Assembly (NCBI GenBank): GCA_919901565.1
Contig: CAKKPE010000138.1
Location: forward strand, 11,936 to 75,935
DNA from: a bacterium
GTDB taxonomy: Bacteria > CG2-30-53-67
Length of the DNA: 64,000 nucleotides
Direction: 5' to 3'
The notes below the pieces were generated by a model. That model worked only from the letters and a program-made list of their open reading frames with translations. It was not told where the DNA came from and ran no database searches. Below, piece after piece: positions 30,994 to 41,324 of this stretch (the stretch's first letter is position 1; each line of letters starts with the position of its first letter). Made by a program: the position numbers and the translations under genes.

Positions 30994-31632
30994 TCAGAAT
31001 CCGCTGACATTGCCTTTTTTCTTCATCCTCTTCAACTGGGAGATCAGCAGCTCACGATAGCTGACGACCCCGTCACCATGTCTTTCTCCGGGCGGAACAG
31101 GGGCCTGTGGGCCGTAATGATGAGGATCGAAATTCCCCAGGAACAGGCTCTGTTCCCTTTCTTCAAGCTGCTGGATCCGGTTCTGCATGCTGTTAACCCT
31201 TCTGGTGAAGTCGTCGATCTGCTTGAGTACGGCATCCCGTTCCTTTAAAAGGAGGATCTTCTCACAGGCGTTTTTGACCATGATATCCATCTCGGCCAGC
31301 TTGAAAGGCTTGGTGATGTAGTCGTAGGCGCCTTGGTCGATTGCCTTAAGGGCGCTCTCAATTGAGGCATATCCCGTAATGATGATTACGATGATCTCCG
31401 GGTACCGGGCCTTGACAAACCGTAAGAGTTCCATGCCGTCCATGCAGGGCATGTTCAGGTCGGTCAGGACCAGGTCGAAGCGTTCATGCTCAAGGATCTC
31501 TTTGGCCTCCAATCCATTTTGAGCGGTGACGAGTTCTCTCTCAGGATTGGAAAGAAGCCGCAGGAGGACATCCTGCGAAGAGGGCTCATCGTCTATGATC
31601 AGCAGCCTGATCCTGTCTTTATTTTCTGCCAT
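30994..31632 (-). CDS. Single-domain response regulator (REC) with a coiled-coil tail
   Basis: The REC motifs are LLIIDDEPSS and DLVLTDLNMPCMDG...YITKPF. Confidence 0.75.
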   Translation of the reverse strand: MAENKDRIRLLIIDDEPSSQDVLLRLLSNPERELVTAQNGLEAKEILEHERFDLVLTDLNMPCMDGMELLRFVKARYPEIIVIIITGYASIESALKAIDQGAYDYITKPFKLAEMDIMVKNACEKILLLKERDAVLKQIDDFTRRVNSMQNRIQQLEEREQSLFLGNFDPHHYGPQAPVPPGERHGDGVVSYRELLISQLKRMKKKGNVSGF

Positions 31633-31958
31633 GATGTTATGCCTCGGGAACCGCTACCGGATCCTTATCTTTTTTATGATCTCCGAGATGATCTCTTTCC
31701 TGATCTGTTCCCGCCGCCCTTCTTCGGATGTGCTCATACGGCCGGCCGATGCGTCATCTTTTGCATCCGAACATGTTGAATAGGCTGGTTTTTTAAGCGT
31801 TAAAAAGTTTCTGAATGATCGCCCTTTCCTGGAAGAATTCCTGTAGATTCTCAGGATGTTTTGAGTCTGGAAAGGGAGTATCTTCATACACAGCACCCCA
31901 ACGGAACGCGAATATGCTCTCATGTTCTAAGGTTTTATCGTCAGTTGAGCGGGGAAAC

Positions 31959-33569
31959 TTAAGTTTTTTTTGTCCGGACAATGATTTTGAGCAGATCTCC
32001 GGTGTCAGGGTAGAGATTGTAGATGTAGCCGTTGAGTTCGGCGATGTCTCTGGCCTTTTCTGCGGTCCCGTAGAAGTGCTCGGAAATTGACTCAAAGGTG
32101 TCATGTTCCCGGACCTCATAGATCGTGACCTTCCTGGGTTGAAGCTTATCAATATCCGGTTCGCTCATTAAGCGGACGCTGTCAAAGACCTGTTTGAAGT
32201 AGTAATCCGCCAGATCTTTCTTGTCCACGGGTGCAAAGGCCATGAGGATGAGCAGGTTTTTCTTGATGATCATGAAGTGCGCCGTGGTCGAGTAGAAACG
32301 CCCAAGAGAACTCTGGAGTTCATAATTGGCGATGAATGTCGGAATATCGTGAATCACCATTTGCTCTTCCGAGGATCGGCGCCATCCGCTCTGCGACTCG
32401 AACCGGTCCGCCATCTCCCGCAATTTGATGAAATAGTCCTCTCTTGATGTCAGGGATTCAAAGGAGGTATCGTCCTTGGGTTTGGGGGTGGGCCGCTGAT
32501 CGCCGTGCCGAGGATTGCTCCTATGGTCTGATTCAAACGAGGTATTCTCCTTGGGCTTGGTGGTGATGAGCTGCATGAAATAACTTTCGTCCGGTCTCTT
32601 CGAGACCACGGTCCCTTCAGATGAGAAGTTCTCCCAGTGTTCAGGAAAGCGGACGGAAACTCCGGATTCCGCGTTCTGATAGAGATTGTCTTCGAATTCT
32701 CCAAGCTCCGGACGGTTCCCATAGGGCATCCCATCCAGCAGCCGGAGGAATTCCTTGCGGTCGCGTTTTCCCGGCTCCCTGCCTTGAATTATATTCCGGG
32801 CACGGATCTCCGATTTCTCGATCCGTTCAACCGTCTCCGGATGGGATGCGAAGAATCCGTGAAAAACGGTGCGGTCCCTTCCGTGTTCGATCCGGTTCAA
32901 GGTCTTGAGGAACTGGGTGGTGTCCATGGGGTCCCAGCCGGCCTTGAAGGTATATTCCTGGCCGATCTCGTCGGCCTGAAGCTCGCTCTGACGGCCGAAA
33001 CTCTGATAAACCCCTACAAAAAGAAGGTCTATATACTGCTGTAGATAGAACCCCACTTCCCCCAGAAAGACGGTGGCGATCAGGGAGCCGATCTGCAGAC
33101 CCATGGCCCGGACCTGCTGCTGGGCATGGTGCCGGGCCGTGACATGCGCAATCTCATGCCCCACCACACCGGCCAGTTCCGCCTCGGAATTGCACTGCAC
33201 CAGTATCCCCCGGGTCACATAGATATACCCACCGGGTAGGGCGAAGGCATTGATCTCGCCGGAATCAATGACATTAAAATGGTATGTAAAAGGGCGTTTG
33301 TGGGCAACGCTCACCAGCTTTGAGCCCACGGATTGTATGTATTCCTGGAGATCCTTGTTCTCATATCTGCCGTAGAGTTTGGTGACTGCCTTATCCTGCT
33401 CCTCACCGAGCCTGACCTCCTCTTTGGAACTCATCAGCGTGACTTCATATTGGTGTGTAACGGGGTTCCTGGCACAGCCGGAGGGGAAGAACAAAAAGAG
33501 TACGAAGGTAAGGGTCAGGGCGGCAAAGGATATGACCAAGGGTTTCATGGGATCACGAAAAGGATTCAT
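31959..33569 (-). CDS. M48-family zinc metallopeptidase (BepA/YfgC-like lipoprotein) with a C-terminal LysM-like domain
   Basis: The HEIAHV zinc motif lies in an M48 context. An N-terminal lipobox-like sequence FFPSGC is present. The C-terminus YEVREHDTFESISEHFYG...IAELNG is LysM-like. Confidence 0.7.
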   Translation of the reverse strand: MNPFRDPMKPLVISFAALTLTFVLFLFFPSGCARNPVTHQYEVTLMSSKEEVRLGEEQDKAVTKLYGRYENKDLQEYIQSVGSKLVSVAHKRPFTYHFNVIDSGEINAFALPGGYIYVTRGILVQCNSEAELAGVVGHEIAHVTARHHAQQQVRAMGLQIGSLIATVFLGEVGFYLQQYIDLLFVGVYQSFGRQSELQADEIGQEYTFKAGWDPMDTTQFLKTLNRIEHGRDRTVFHGFFASHPETVERIEKSEIRARNIIQGREPGKRDRKEFLRLLDGMPYGNRPELGEFEDNLYQNAESGVSVRFPEHWENFSSEGTVVSKRPDESYFMQLITTKPKENTSFESDHRSNPRHGDQRPTPKPKDDTSFESLTSREDYFIKLREMADRFESQSGWRRSSEEQMVIHDIPTFIANYELQSSLGRFYSTTAHFMIIKKNLLILMAFAPVDKKDLADYYFKQVFDSVRLMSEPDIDKLQPRKVTIYEVREHDTFESISEHFYGTAEKARDIAELNGYIYNLYPDTGDLLKIIVRTKKT

Positions 33570-33683
33570 TACGTTCCACAGGATTGCGGTCTGTACTATA
33601 TACTTTTTTTTGCTTAGATGTCAAACCGGTATTCATCATGCGGGGGACGAGGACTTTTTACGAGTCCGTTAAAGTTGGCAGAC

Positions 33684-33711
33684 AAAAAAAAGAGAGGGGA
33701 AGACCCCTCTC
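33684..33711 (-). terminator. Rho-independent terminator of clpC
   Basis: On the minus strand the hairpin GAGAGGGGtcttCCCCTCTC is followed by a U8 run, 40 bp after the clpC stop. Confidence 0.7.
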
Positions 33712-33749
33712 TTGGTGGCACTGTTCGTAAATATGGTCACGTATCGACG

Positions 33750-36200
33750 TTATGTCTTGGCCTCGCTGAGCTCCTTTTCCGAGACCTCTTCGAAGGCGAG
33801 CTTCTGATTCTGTATGCTGACCCGGATCATCGAGGCCCCTTTGAAATGGCCCTTGAGGATTTCATCAGAAAGCGGGTCGGATATGTGCTTCTGAATGGCC
33901 CGCCTGAGCGGACGGGCGCCATACGATGGCTGATAACCCTTATCGATGATAAAGTCCTTGGCCTCATCGCTCAGGACGATCTTGAACCCTTTATCCTGGA
34001 TCTCGTCATTCAGCTGCCGGAGCAGGATGTCGATGATCGATGCGATATGGTTCTTGTTCAGGGCATGGAAGACGATTACCTCGTCCACCCGGTTCAGGAA
34101 TTCAGGGTTGAAGGTCTTTTTTACGGCAGACATGACCTCTTCCCGGATCTTTTCGGCTGAAGCGGAATCCCCTTCCTTCATGAATCCGAGGGGCGCCCCC
34201 TTGTCGATCTGCCGTGTCCCGAGATTGGAGGTCATGATCAGGACCGTATTGTTGAAATCAATGGTCCTTCCGTAGTTGTCGGTCAATCGGCCGTCGTCCA
34301 GGACCTGCAAAAGGATGTTGAACAGGTCCGGGTGCGCCTTTTCGATCTCGTCCAGGAGCACAACCGAGTAGGGCCTGCGCTTGACCTTTTCAGTCAACTG
34401 GCCTCCCTCTTCATACCCCACGTATCCGGGGGGCGCTCCGGTCAGTCCTGAGACGCTGAAGCGCTCCATGTATTCCGACATGTCGATCCGGATCAGGGCA
34501 TCTTCGCTGTCAAAGAGGAACTCGGCCAGGACGCGGGCCAGTTCGGTCTTTCCCACGCCGGTGGGGCCGAGGAAGATAAAGGATCCGATCGGTTTCTTCC
34601 GGTTTTTCAGACCGGCCCGTGACCGCCGTATGGCGCGGGACACGGCACTGATCGCCTCATCCTGCCCGACCACACGCATGTGGATCGACTCCTCCATGCG
34701 GAGGAGCTTTTCGCTCTCTTTTTCCTCGAGCTTGTAGATCGGCACACCGGTCATCTTGGAGACGATGTAGGCAATATCCTCATCATCGATCTGGGATTTG
34801 GTGGTCTCTCTCTCTTCCCGCCATTCCTGTTGCGCCTTGCTGAACTCTTCCTTCAACTTGTCTTCCTGGTCACGGAAGCGGGCGGCCTTCTCAAATTCCT
34901 GCAGGTGGATATGCAGGTTCTTCTGTTCAGTGACCTCCTTGATTTTGCTCTTTAGCTCCTTGATCTCCGGAGGCAGGGTGAACTTCTGGAGCTTGGACCG
35001 GGACCCGGCCTCATCGATGACATCAATTGCCTTGTCCGGCAAAAACTTGTTGGTGATGTAGCGGTCCGAAAGCCTTGCCGCCGCCTCAATGGCCTGATCC
35101 GTGATCACGGCATTGTGGTGCTCCTCATACCGGCTCCTGAGCCCCTTGATGATCCGAACGGTCTCTTCCACGGAAGGGGCCTGGACATTAATGGTCTGAA
35201 ACCTCCGTTCCAGGGCGCCGTCTTTTTCGATGTATTTCCGGTATTCATCATAGGTGGTCGCGCCGATACACTGGATTTCCCCCCGGGCCAGGGCGGGTTT
35301 CAGCATGTTGGAGGCGTCGAGCGATCCTTCTGCTGCGCCGGCACCGACCAGCGTATGAAGTTCATCTATAAAGATGATGATCTGATTGTTGGAGGAGACG
35401 ATCTCTTTGAGAACGATTTTCAATCGCTCCTCAAACTGGCCCCGGTATTTGGTTCCTGCAACCAGGGAGCCGAGGTCCAGGGCGATGACCTTCCTGTTGG
35501 TCAGGCCCAGAGGAACATCTCCGTTCACGATACGCTGGGCCAGCCCTTCCACAATGGCGGTCTTGCCCACGCCCGGTTCCCCGATCAGGACCGGATTATT
35601 CTTGGTCCTGCGACTCAGGATCTGCAGGACCCGTTCGATCTCTTCGTTGCGCCCCACCACGGGATCCAGTTCCCCTCTGCGGGCAAGCTCGGTGAAGTCC
35701 CGCCCGAATTCATCGAGGGCAGGGGTATTGCTCTTGGGTTTCGGGGTCTTGGACCGGATAGAGGTCTGGTGGAGCAGGTTGATGGTCTGCTGTCTGGCCC
35801 CTAACAGGCTTGCCCCCATACTCCGGAGGATGTTGCCTGCAATCCCTTCCTCTTCACGGACCAGACCCAGCAGGATGTGCTCGGTCCCCACGTAATTGTG
35901 ATTGAGAAGGCGGGCCTCCTCCACGGCCAGTTCGAGGACCTTCCGGGCTTTCGGCGTGAAGGGGATTTCGCCGAAGGTCAGTGTATCCGTTCCCTTGGGC
36001 AGGTTTCTTTCAACCTCGACCCTGAGGTGATCGAGATTGATCCCGAGGTTTTTCAAGACCTTGCCATGCAGTCCTTCTTCATCTCGAAGAATTCCGAGCA
36101 GGATATGTTCCGTGCCCAGGTATTCATGCTGATGTTTCTCCGCTTCTTCACGGGCAAGGATGATGGTCCTTCTTGCTTTATCAGTAAAACGTTCAAACAT
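33750..36200 (-). CDS. clpC: Clp ATPase ClpC/ClpA-family AAA+ chaperone (two Clp_N repeats, two AAA modules, UVR-like linker)
   Basis: The N-terminus [20 protein letters not shown], the two Walker A motifs GEPGVGKT and GPTGVGKT, and the 816-aa length match ClpC. Confidence 0.85.
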   Translation of the reverse strand: MFERFTDKARRTIILAREEAEKHQHEYLGTEHILLGILRDEEGLHGKVLKNLGINLDHLRVEVERNLPKGTDTLTFGEIPFTPKARKVLELAVEEARLLNHNYVGTEHILLGLVREEEGIAGNILRSMGASLLGARQQTINLLHQTSIRSKTPKPKSNTPALDEFGRDFTELARRGELDPVVGRNEEIERVLQILSRRTKNNPVLIGEPGVGKTAIVEGLAQRIVNGDVPLGLTNRKVIALDLGSLVAGTKYRGQFEERLKIVLKEIVSSNNQIIIFIDELHTLVGAGAAEGSLDASNMLKPALARGEIQCIGATTYDEYRKYIEKDGALERRFQTINVQAPSVEETVRIIKGLRSRYEEHHNAVITDQAIEAAARLSDRYITNKFLPDKAIDVIDEAGSRSKLQKFTLPPEIKELKSKIKEVTEQKNLHIHLQEFEKAARFRDQEDKLKEEFSKAQQEWREERETTKSQIDDEDIAYIVSKMTGVPIYKLEEKESEKLLRMEESIHMRVVGQDEAISAVSRAIRRSRAGLKNRKKPIGSFIFLGPTGVGKTELARVLAEFLFDSEDALIRIDMSEYMERFSVSGLTGAPPGYVGYEEGGQLTEKVKRRPYSVVLLDEIEKAHPDLFNILLQVLDDGRLTDNYGRTIDFNNTVLIMTSNLGTRQIDKGAPLGFMKEGDSASAEKIREEVMSAVKKTFNPEFLNRVDEVIVFHALNKNHIASIIDILLRQLNDEIQDKGFKIVLSDEAKDFIIDKGYQPSYGARPLRRAIQKHISDPLSDEILKGHFKGASMIRVSIQNQKLAFEEVSEKELSEAKT

Positions 36201-36949
36201 AATTTGAATACTCCATGATACACAGGTTATAATCTATTATTCTATATTATATTTATGGCATATAAGTGTCAAGTTGTTTCCCCTGCCAAACTGAATGAAC
36301 ATCATAAGAGACGTGATGATATCAGGTGTTATTCATGGGGTTTCTGTTAACCTGTTTCATGAAAGCGGTTGAAGAGAGGCGGTGTGGCTGAATATCCGGA
36401 TAAGTGAAACGCCGCGCCTTTCAGATTATGGTCTTATCCGAACAATGCGGCCCGGCCTGGCTTGATCATCACACAATCCGAACTAATAGAATCTTTTTAA
36501 AGGTTCTGTGGATTTAAAAAGAACCTTGCCGCTGCTTTGCCTGATCCCGTTTATGAAATCGTAAAAATTATGTAACTGTTTGAAATTCAAAGTAATTTAA
36601 GTGATTAAAATATAGGCAAACTGCTCTTTATCCTTGACTGATGCCCTTGCCCTCCGGTTCTTCACACAGATTTTCACAGGCTTTTCACATTTTTTGTGAA
36701 CATCACTCATAACCCTCTAAAATATCATGGGGATTTTTAGATACAGAGATGTGATGGCGTGTGAATCCCGTAAGTCAGGCGGCCGGACGCGGTCCAGGGT
36801 CTCTCGGCCAAAAAAAGTATTTCTTGCACGCATTAAGAATCAAAGATCAAATATAAAAAATCAAAATGACAAATCAAAATATAAAATTTGATTTTTAATC
36901 TGTCATTTTGATCTTTGATTCTTTATCTTTACTTTCTATATCAGAACGG

Positions 36950-37828
36950 TTACCCGATCCAGGTGTGCCAGTCTTCGCTGATATCCCCGCTCAATTTGTA
37001 ACGGAGCATGGCATCCGTGCACGGACATTCGCGTTTGAGCGCATCCAGATGCTTAAGGGTTTTCCTGAGGATTTCCGGAAACAGGGCCAGTGCCTGTTTT
37101 AATTTTTCTCTGTCCCGGGGAGGGAGGGTCCCCTCGAAGAGGACCCCTTTCTCATAGGGGAGCGGGCGCACCCCTTCAGCATAATTAGAGATATAGCAAA
37201 GCGGGGCGTAACAGATTTCAAGCTCACGGGAGAGAAAGGGCTCCGGGACCAGGGTCATACCCACCAGGTCTCCTCCTATCTGTTTCATGTATTTGATTTC
37301 AGCCGGTGTCTCCAGTCTCGGCCCTTCAGTGCAGACGTATGTCCCTTTTTCATGGCAAGGAAGGCCGAGTTCTCCCAATGCCTTTTGAAAGGAGAGGCGG
37401 ATCTCCGGACAGAAAACCGGGTTCTGGCGGATGAAGCCGATTCCTTTCCCTTTAAAGAAGGTAGAGACACGGTTCCGGGTCAGATCGATGAGATCGTCCG
37501 GGAGGATGAGCTCTCCGGGGTGCATGGAGGCGTGGATGGCTCCGGGCCCGGACCATGAAAGAATGCGCTCGGCCCCCAATTCCTTGGCGGCATAAATGTT
37601 GGCGCGGTAATTGACAAAAGGCGCGGTGACATGGTATCCGCTTACACCGTGGCGGGAGAGGAATCCGACATGGGTCCCGGATATCTCCAGAATACGAATG
37701 GGAGAGGCCTCGCCGTAAGGTGTTTGCAGGGTTGCGGTTTCTTTTTCCCGGCCGAATTTTTCTACCGGGATATCGTAGGCCCCGCTTCCGCCGATGATCA
37801 GGGTTTTGATTTTTGGTTTGTTTGTCAT
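36950..37828 (-). CDS. Purine nucleoside phosphorylase family protein, MTAP-like
   Basis: The N-terminus KTLIIGGSGAYD resembles the MTAP IIGGSG motif. It is adjacent to two futalosine-pathway radical-SAM genes. Confidence 0.6.
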   Translation of the reverse strand: MTNKPKIKTLIIGGSGAYDIPVEKFGREKETATLQTPYGEASPIRILEISGTHVGFLSRHGVSGYHVTAPFVNYRANIYAAKELGAERILSWSGPGAIHASMHPGELILPDDLIDLTRNRVSTFFKGKGIGFIRQNPVFCPEIRLSFQKALGELGLPCHEKGTYVCTEGPRLETPAEIKYMKQIGGDLVGMTLVPEPFLSRELEICYAPLCYISNYAEGVRPLPYEKGVLFEGTLPPRDREKLKQALALFPEILRKTLKHLDALKRECPCTDAMLRYKLSGDISEDWHTWIG

Positions 37829-37834
37829 TTCTTT

Positions 37835-38911
37835 TTAAAACCTTTTCAGAATCTGATATATCGTATTCCTTTGTGCCGGTGAAAATCCAGCATCGCGGAT
37901 CAGTCGGATGATTTCCTCGGCGCTCATCCGGTAAGAGACCCCGGTGGCCGAGACCACGTTCTCTTCGATCATGGTGCTCCCGAAGTCATTGGTCCCGAAG
38001 AACAGGGCCACCTGCCCCATCTTGGACCCCTGCGTGACCCATGAGGCCTGGATGTTGTCGACATTGTCGAGAAAGATCCTGGAAACGGAGAGGACCCGGA
38101 GATATTCCACGCCGGTCAGGGTCTTGCCTCCTAATTCGGTGTTGCCTGACTGGTAGCTCCACGGGATAAAGGCGGTAAAACCGCCGGTCTCGTCCTGCAG
38201 GTCCCGGATCCGGACCAGATGCTCTACCACGTCCTCCGGTCTTTCCACGCTTCCGAACATCATGGTGGCCGAGGTCGGGATCGAAAGCCCGTGGGCCTGT
38301 CTCATGACATCGATCCAGGCTTCCTGGCCGATCTTGTTGGGGCTTATTCTGGCCCGGACGCTGTCTACCAGGATCTCGGCGCCGCCGCCGGGAATGGAAT
38401 CGAGTCCTGCCTGCTTGAGCCGGACCAGCACATCCCGGATGGTGATGGAGGACTGGCGGGACAGGTGGACGATCTCGGGGGGAGAGAGAGCGTGTATATG
38501 GATCGGGTACCTCGCCTTGATTTCATGGAAGAGTTCCTCAAAGTATTCAATGGTGAGGTCCGGGTGAATCCCTCCCTGCATCAGGATCTGTGTGCCGTTC
38601 AGCTCCAGGGTTTCTTGGATTTTCCTGAAGATCTCTTCCCGGGCCAGGAGATAGGCGTCCGGGTCTCCTTTGGCGCGGTAGAAGGCGCAGAACCGGCACC
38701 GGTTGATGCAGATATTGGTGTAATTGATGTTCCGGTCAATGATGAAGGTCACGGTCTGGTCCGGGTGTTTACGGCGCCTGCTCATCTGCGCCCACTCTCC
38801 AAGCTCCAGAAGATCGGCCTTTTCCAGCAGGAACAAGCCCTCCTGCGGGGTGAGGCGGGCTCCTTCCCGGATCTTTTCCTCTATCAGCGATAATTTTGAA
38901 GTTGCATTCAT
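37835..38911 (-). CDS. Radical-SAM enzyme of the MqnC/MqnE family (menaquinone via futalosine)
   Basis: The CxxxCxxC motif is CINRCRFCAF. The rest resembles the CofH/MqnC/MqnE fold. Confidence 0.7.
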   Translation of the reverse strand: MNATSKLSLIEEKIREGARLTPQEGLFLLEKADLLELGEWAQMSRRRKHPDQTVTFIIDRNINYTNICINRCRFCAFYRAKGDPDAYLLAREEIFRKIQETLELNGTQILMQGGIHPDLTIEYFEELFHEIKARYPIHIHALSPPEIVHLSRQSSITIRDVLVRLKQAGLDSIPGGGAEILVDSVRARISPNKIGQEAWIDVMRQAHGLSIPTSATMMFGSVERPEDVVEHLVRIRDLQDETGGFTAFIPWSYQSGNTELGGKTLTGVEYLRVLSVSRIFLDNVDNIQASWVTQGSKMGQVALFFGTNDFGSTMIEENVVSATGVSYRMSAEEIIRLIRDAGFSPAQRNTIYQILKRF

Positions 38912-38989
38912 TTCTTCTCTTCTGTGGAATCCTTATAAATCAAAAATAAAATATCAAAGATCAAAAATACAGAGCAAAAATCAAAATTT

Positions 38990-40135
38990 TTAATTGTCAT
39001 TTTGATTTTTGATATTTAATTCTTGATTTTTATCATACCGCCTGATCTCGCGATAAAGCGTATCCCGTTCCACCGGGACCTTGCCGGCTTTTTGAATCAT
39101 CCGGACCAGGGCCTCCCGGGAGAGGGCCTCGGAGGTCATGGCCCCCGCGGCATGGGTGATCTTTTCCTCCACCACGGTGCCGTCTATATCGTCCACACCG
39201 AAAAGGAGCGAGACCTGCGCTATTTTTTCTCCGAGCATGATCCAGAACGCCTTGATGTGGCTGAAATTATCCAGGAAGATGCGGCTGACTGCCATGGTCT
39301 TGAGGTCGTCGAACCCCGTGGTCATTCCGGTCTGCGGGATGCGCGTATTTTCAGGATGAAAGGCCAGCGGGATAAAGGCCTGGAATCCGCCGGTACGGTC
39401 CTGCAGGTCCCTGAGCCTTGACATGTGGTCGATCCGGGCCCTGGTGTCCTCCACATGGCCATAGAGCATGGTGGCGTTGGATTTGAGGCCTGCGGCATGC
39501 ACCGCCTCCATGATCTCGAGCCACTTCTCCCCGGTGATCTTTTCCGGGCAGATGGACTGCCGGACCCGGGGGTCAAAGATCTCTGCGCCGCCTCCGGGCA
39601 GGGACCCGAGGCCCGCCTGCTTGAGTTCCCGCAGCAGGTCCCCGATGGGGAGTCCGGTGATCCGGCTGAGATAGTCGATCTCCACCGCGGTGAAGGCCTG
39701 GATGTGGATATGCGGGAAGCGCTGCCGGAGCGTGGAAAGGAGATCCAGGTAGTAGTCCAGGGTGAGGTGGGGGTGGAGCCCTCCCACGATATGGAACTCC
39801 GTGGCCCCCTCGGCCGCTCCCTGCTCTGCCTTCTGGATGACCTCGGAGAGGTCCATGGTATAGGCGTCCGGATCCTTCTCATCCCGGCTGAAGGCGCAGA
39901 ACGTGCAGCGGTTCACACAGATATTGGTATGATTGATGTGGCGGTTGACGATAAAGTAAGCCAGGTCCCCGTTTTTGGCCCGGCACCGCATGGAGGCGAT
40001 CTTTCCCAGCCGGATCAGGTCATGCGACGCCATCAGGGCCAATGCCTCGTCAGGGCTGATCCGCAGGCCTTCTTCCACCTTGTTCTGAACAATGTCAAGC
40101 AGGTCCATGGTTTGCTCCATTCCGGGTGGAACCAT
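38990..40135 (-). CDS. Radical-SAM enzyme of the MqnC/MqnE family, paralog of the upstream gene
   Basis: The CxxxCxxC motif is CVNRCTFCAF. It is paralogous to 37835..38911. Confidence 0.7.
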   Translation of the reverse strand: MVPPGMEQTMDLLDIVQNKVEEGLRISPDEALALMASHDLIRLGKIASMRCRAKNGDLAYFIVNRHINHTNICVNRCTFCAFSRDEKDPDAYTMDLSEVIQKAEQGAAEGATEFHIVGGLHPHLTLDYYLDLLSTLRQRFPHIHIQAFTAVEIDYLSRITGLPIGDLLRELKQAGLGSLPGGGAEIFDPRVRQSICPEKITGEKWLEIMEAVHAAGLKSNATMLYGHVEDTRARIDHMSRLRDLQDRTGGFQAFIPLAFHPENTRIPQTGMTTGFDDLKTMAVSRIFLDNFSHIKAFWIMLGEKIAQVSLLFGVDDIDGTVVEEKITHAAGAMTSEALSREALVRMIQKAGKVPVERDTLYREIRRYDKNQELNIKNQNDN

Positions 40136-40310
40136 ACCACAGTTGGAGAGGATGAATCAATGAAATGAAACAAGGCATGCTTACGGGGTCAGCATAAAAT
40201 TATAAATATAAGGGAGGCGGCTTATTGTAAAATGGGTGTGGAATAATTTTCTCAAAAGTGGAAAAACTTTTCCTGCATCTATGGGGTCAGGTCTTGCGGC
40301 TTGCTTTTGG

Positions 40311-41162
40311 TCATCGCTCACCCTTTGCGATCCTGCTGATCGTCGAATAATGAAGACCCAGATGGGAGGCGATTTCGGTCTGCCGATACCCATATTGCTC
40401 CACCGCTTTTATGATCAATAGCTGTCTCATCTGTCGGCTCATACGAGTCTCTTCCCGAAAGAGCTTCTCCAACGATGGACGGTGCGCATAACGCTGACTC
40501 CGGGGGATCTCAGGAATATCCTTGCATTTTTTAAGGTAGTCCGACAGCTTCTCGACAAAGCTTTCCTCTCCCAGGAGTGTCTGACCCCGGACCTCGTTCC
40601 ACATTGTCTTCTGTCCAACACCCAGGGATACGAACTGCCGGTACCCCTTTCCCGCTTCGCCTCTTTTCCCGTCAAACTGGCTGAGCACCCAGTCTGTTGT
40701 CAGGCAGGGATGGGGTTTTACCCGTCCTGCTGTGGCAAGGTAACTGGAGAATGCATAGTCCTCGGGCTTCGCAACCATTTTTGCACGAACCGGATTGAGC
40801 ACAACATATCGGCACACTTCAAGAAGGTGGCTGTCCTTCTGGATCAGGATGGCCTTGTACCGGCCCTGAAATATATGGCCTGTTTTTCCATGCCATTTAT
40901 TAAAGCGTTGCGTATAGAGGCCGTTCAGTTGGCGCATGCCGATGGAGAGATTTCCGTCCGGGGTTTCGATGAGGAGATGATAGTGGTTGGTCATGAGGCA
41001 GTAGGCGTGACAAAGCCAATGGTAACGTTTATTCACATGCTGAAGGGCATGGAGAAAGTTGTTGCGGTCCTGATCATCCTTGAATACCGGCTTTTTATCG
41101 TTGCCCCGTGAGGTCACGTGATAGACTGCGCCGGGATATTCTATGCGGAGGGGACGGGCCAT
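40311..41162 (-). CDS. IS200/IS605-like Y1 (HuH) transposase domain fused to a C-terminal HTH; RAYT-like
   Basis: The HuH motif is HYHLLIETP, with QGRYKA downstream. The C-terminal HTH reads YRQTEIASHLGLHYSTISRIAKG. The start is ATG at 41162 (MARPLRIEYPG); the longer ORF to 41450 looks like a spurious extension. Confidence 0.65.
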   Translation of the reverse strand: MARPLRIEYPGAVYHVTSRGNDKKPVFKDDQDRNNFLHALQHVNKRYHWLCHAYCLMTNHYHLLIETPDGNLSIGMRQLNGLYTQRFNKWHGKTGHIFQGRYKAILIQKDSHLLEVCRYVVLNPVRAKMVAKPEDYAFSSYLATAGRVKPHPCLTTDWVLSQFDGKRGEAGKGYRQFVSLGVGQKTMWNEVRGQTLLGEESFVEKLSDYLKKCKDIPEIPRSQRYAHRPSLEKLFREETRMSRQMRQLLIIKAVEQYGYRQTEIASHLGLHYSTISRIAKGER

Positions 41163-41324
41163 AAAAAGACAATAACAAGCGGGAAGGGAAAAGTCAAGCA
41201 GCAAGACCTGACCCTGGGTTTTCGAAGTGAAAAGGGCATTGACGCGGCACAAGAGCCGTTGTATGGTGATCATGAAACCGTTCAACGGTTTAAACAGTTT
41301 AAACGATTTAAATGGTTTTTCCCT

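Noticed and set aside
31654-31923. 89-aa minus-strand ORF between the M48 peptidase gene and the response regulator
   Set aside because: - No recognisable domain.
- The stop overlaps the RR Shine-Dalgarno.
- Could be a leader peptide, but there is no supporting signal.
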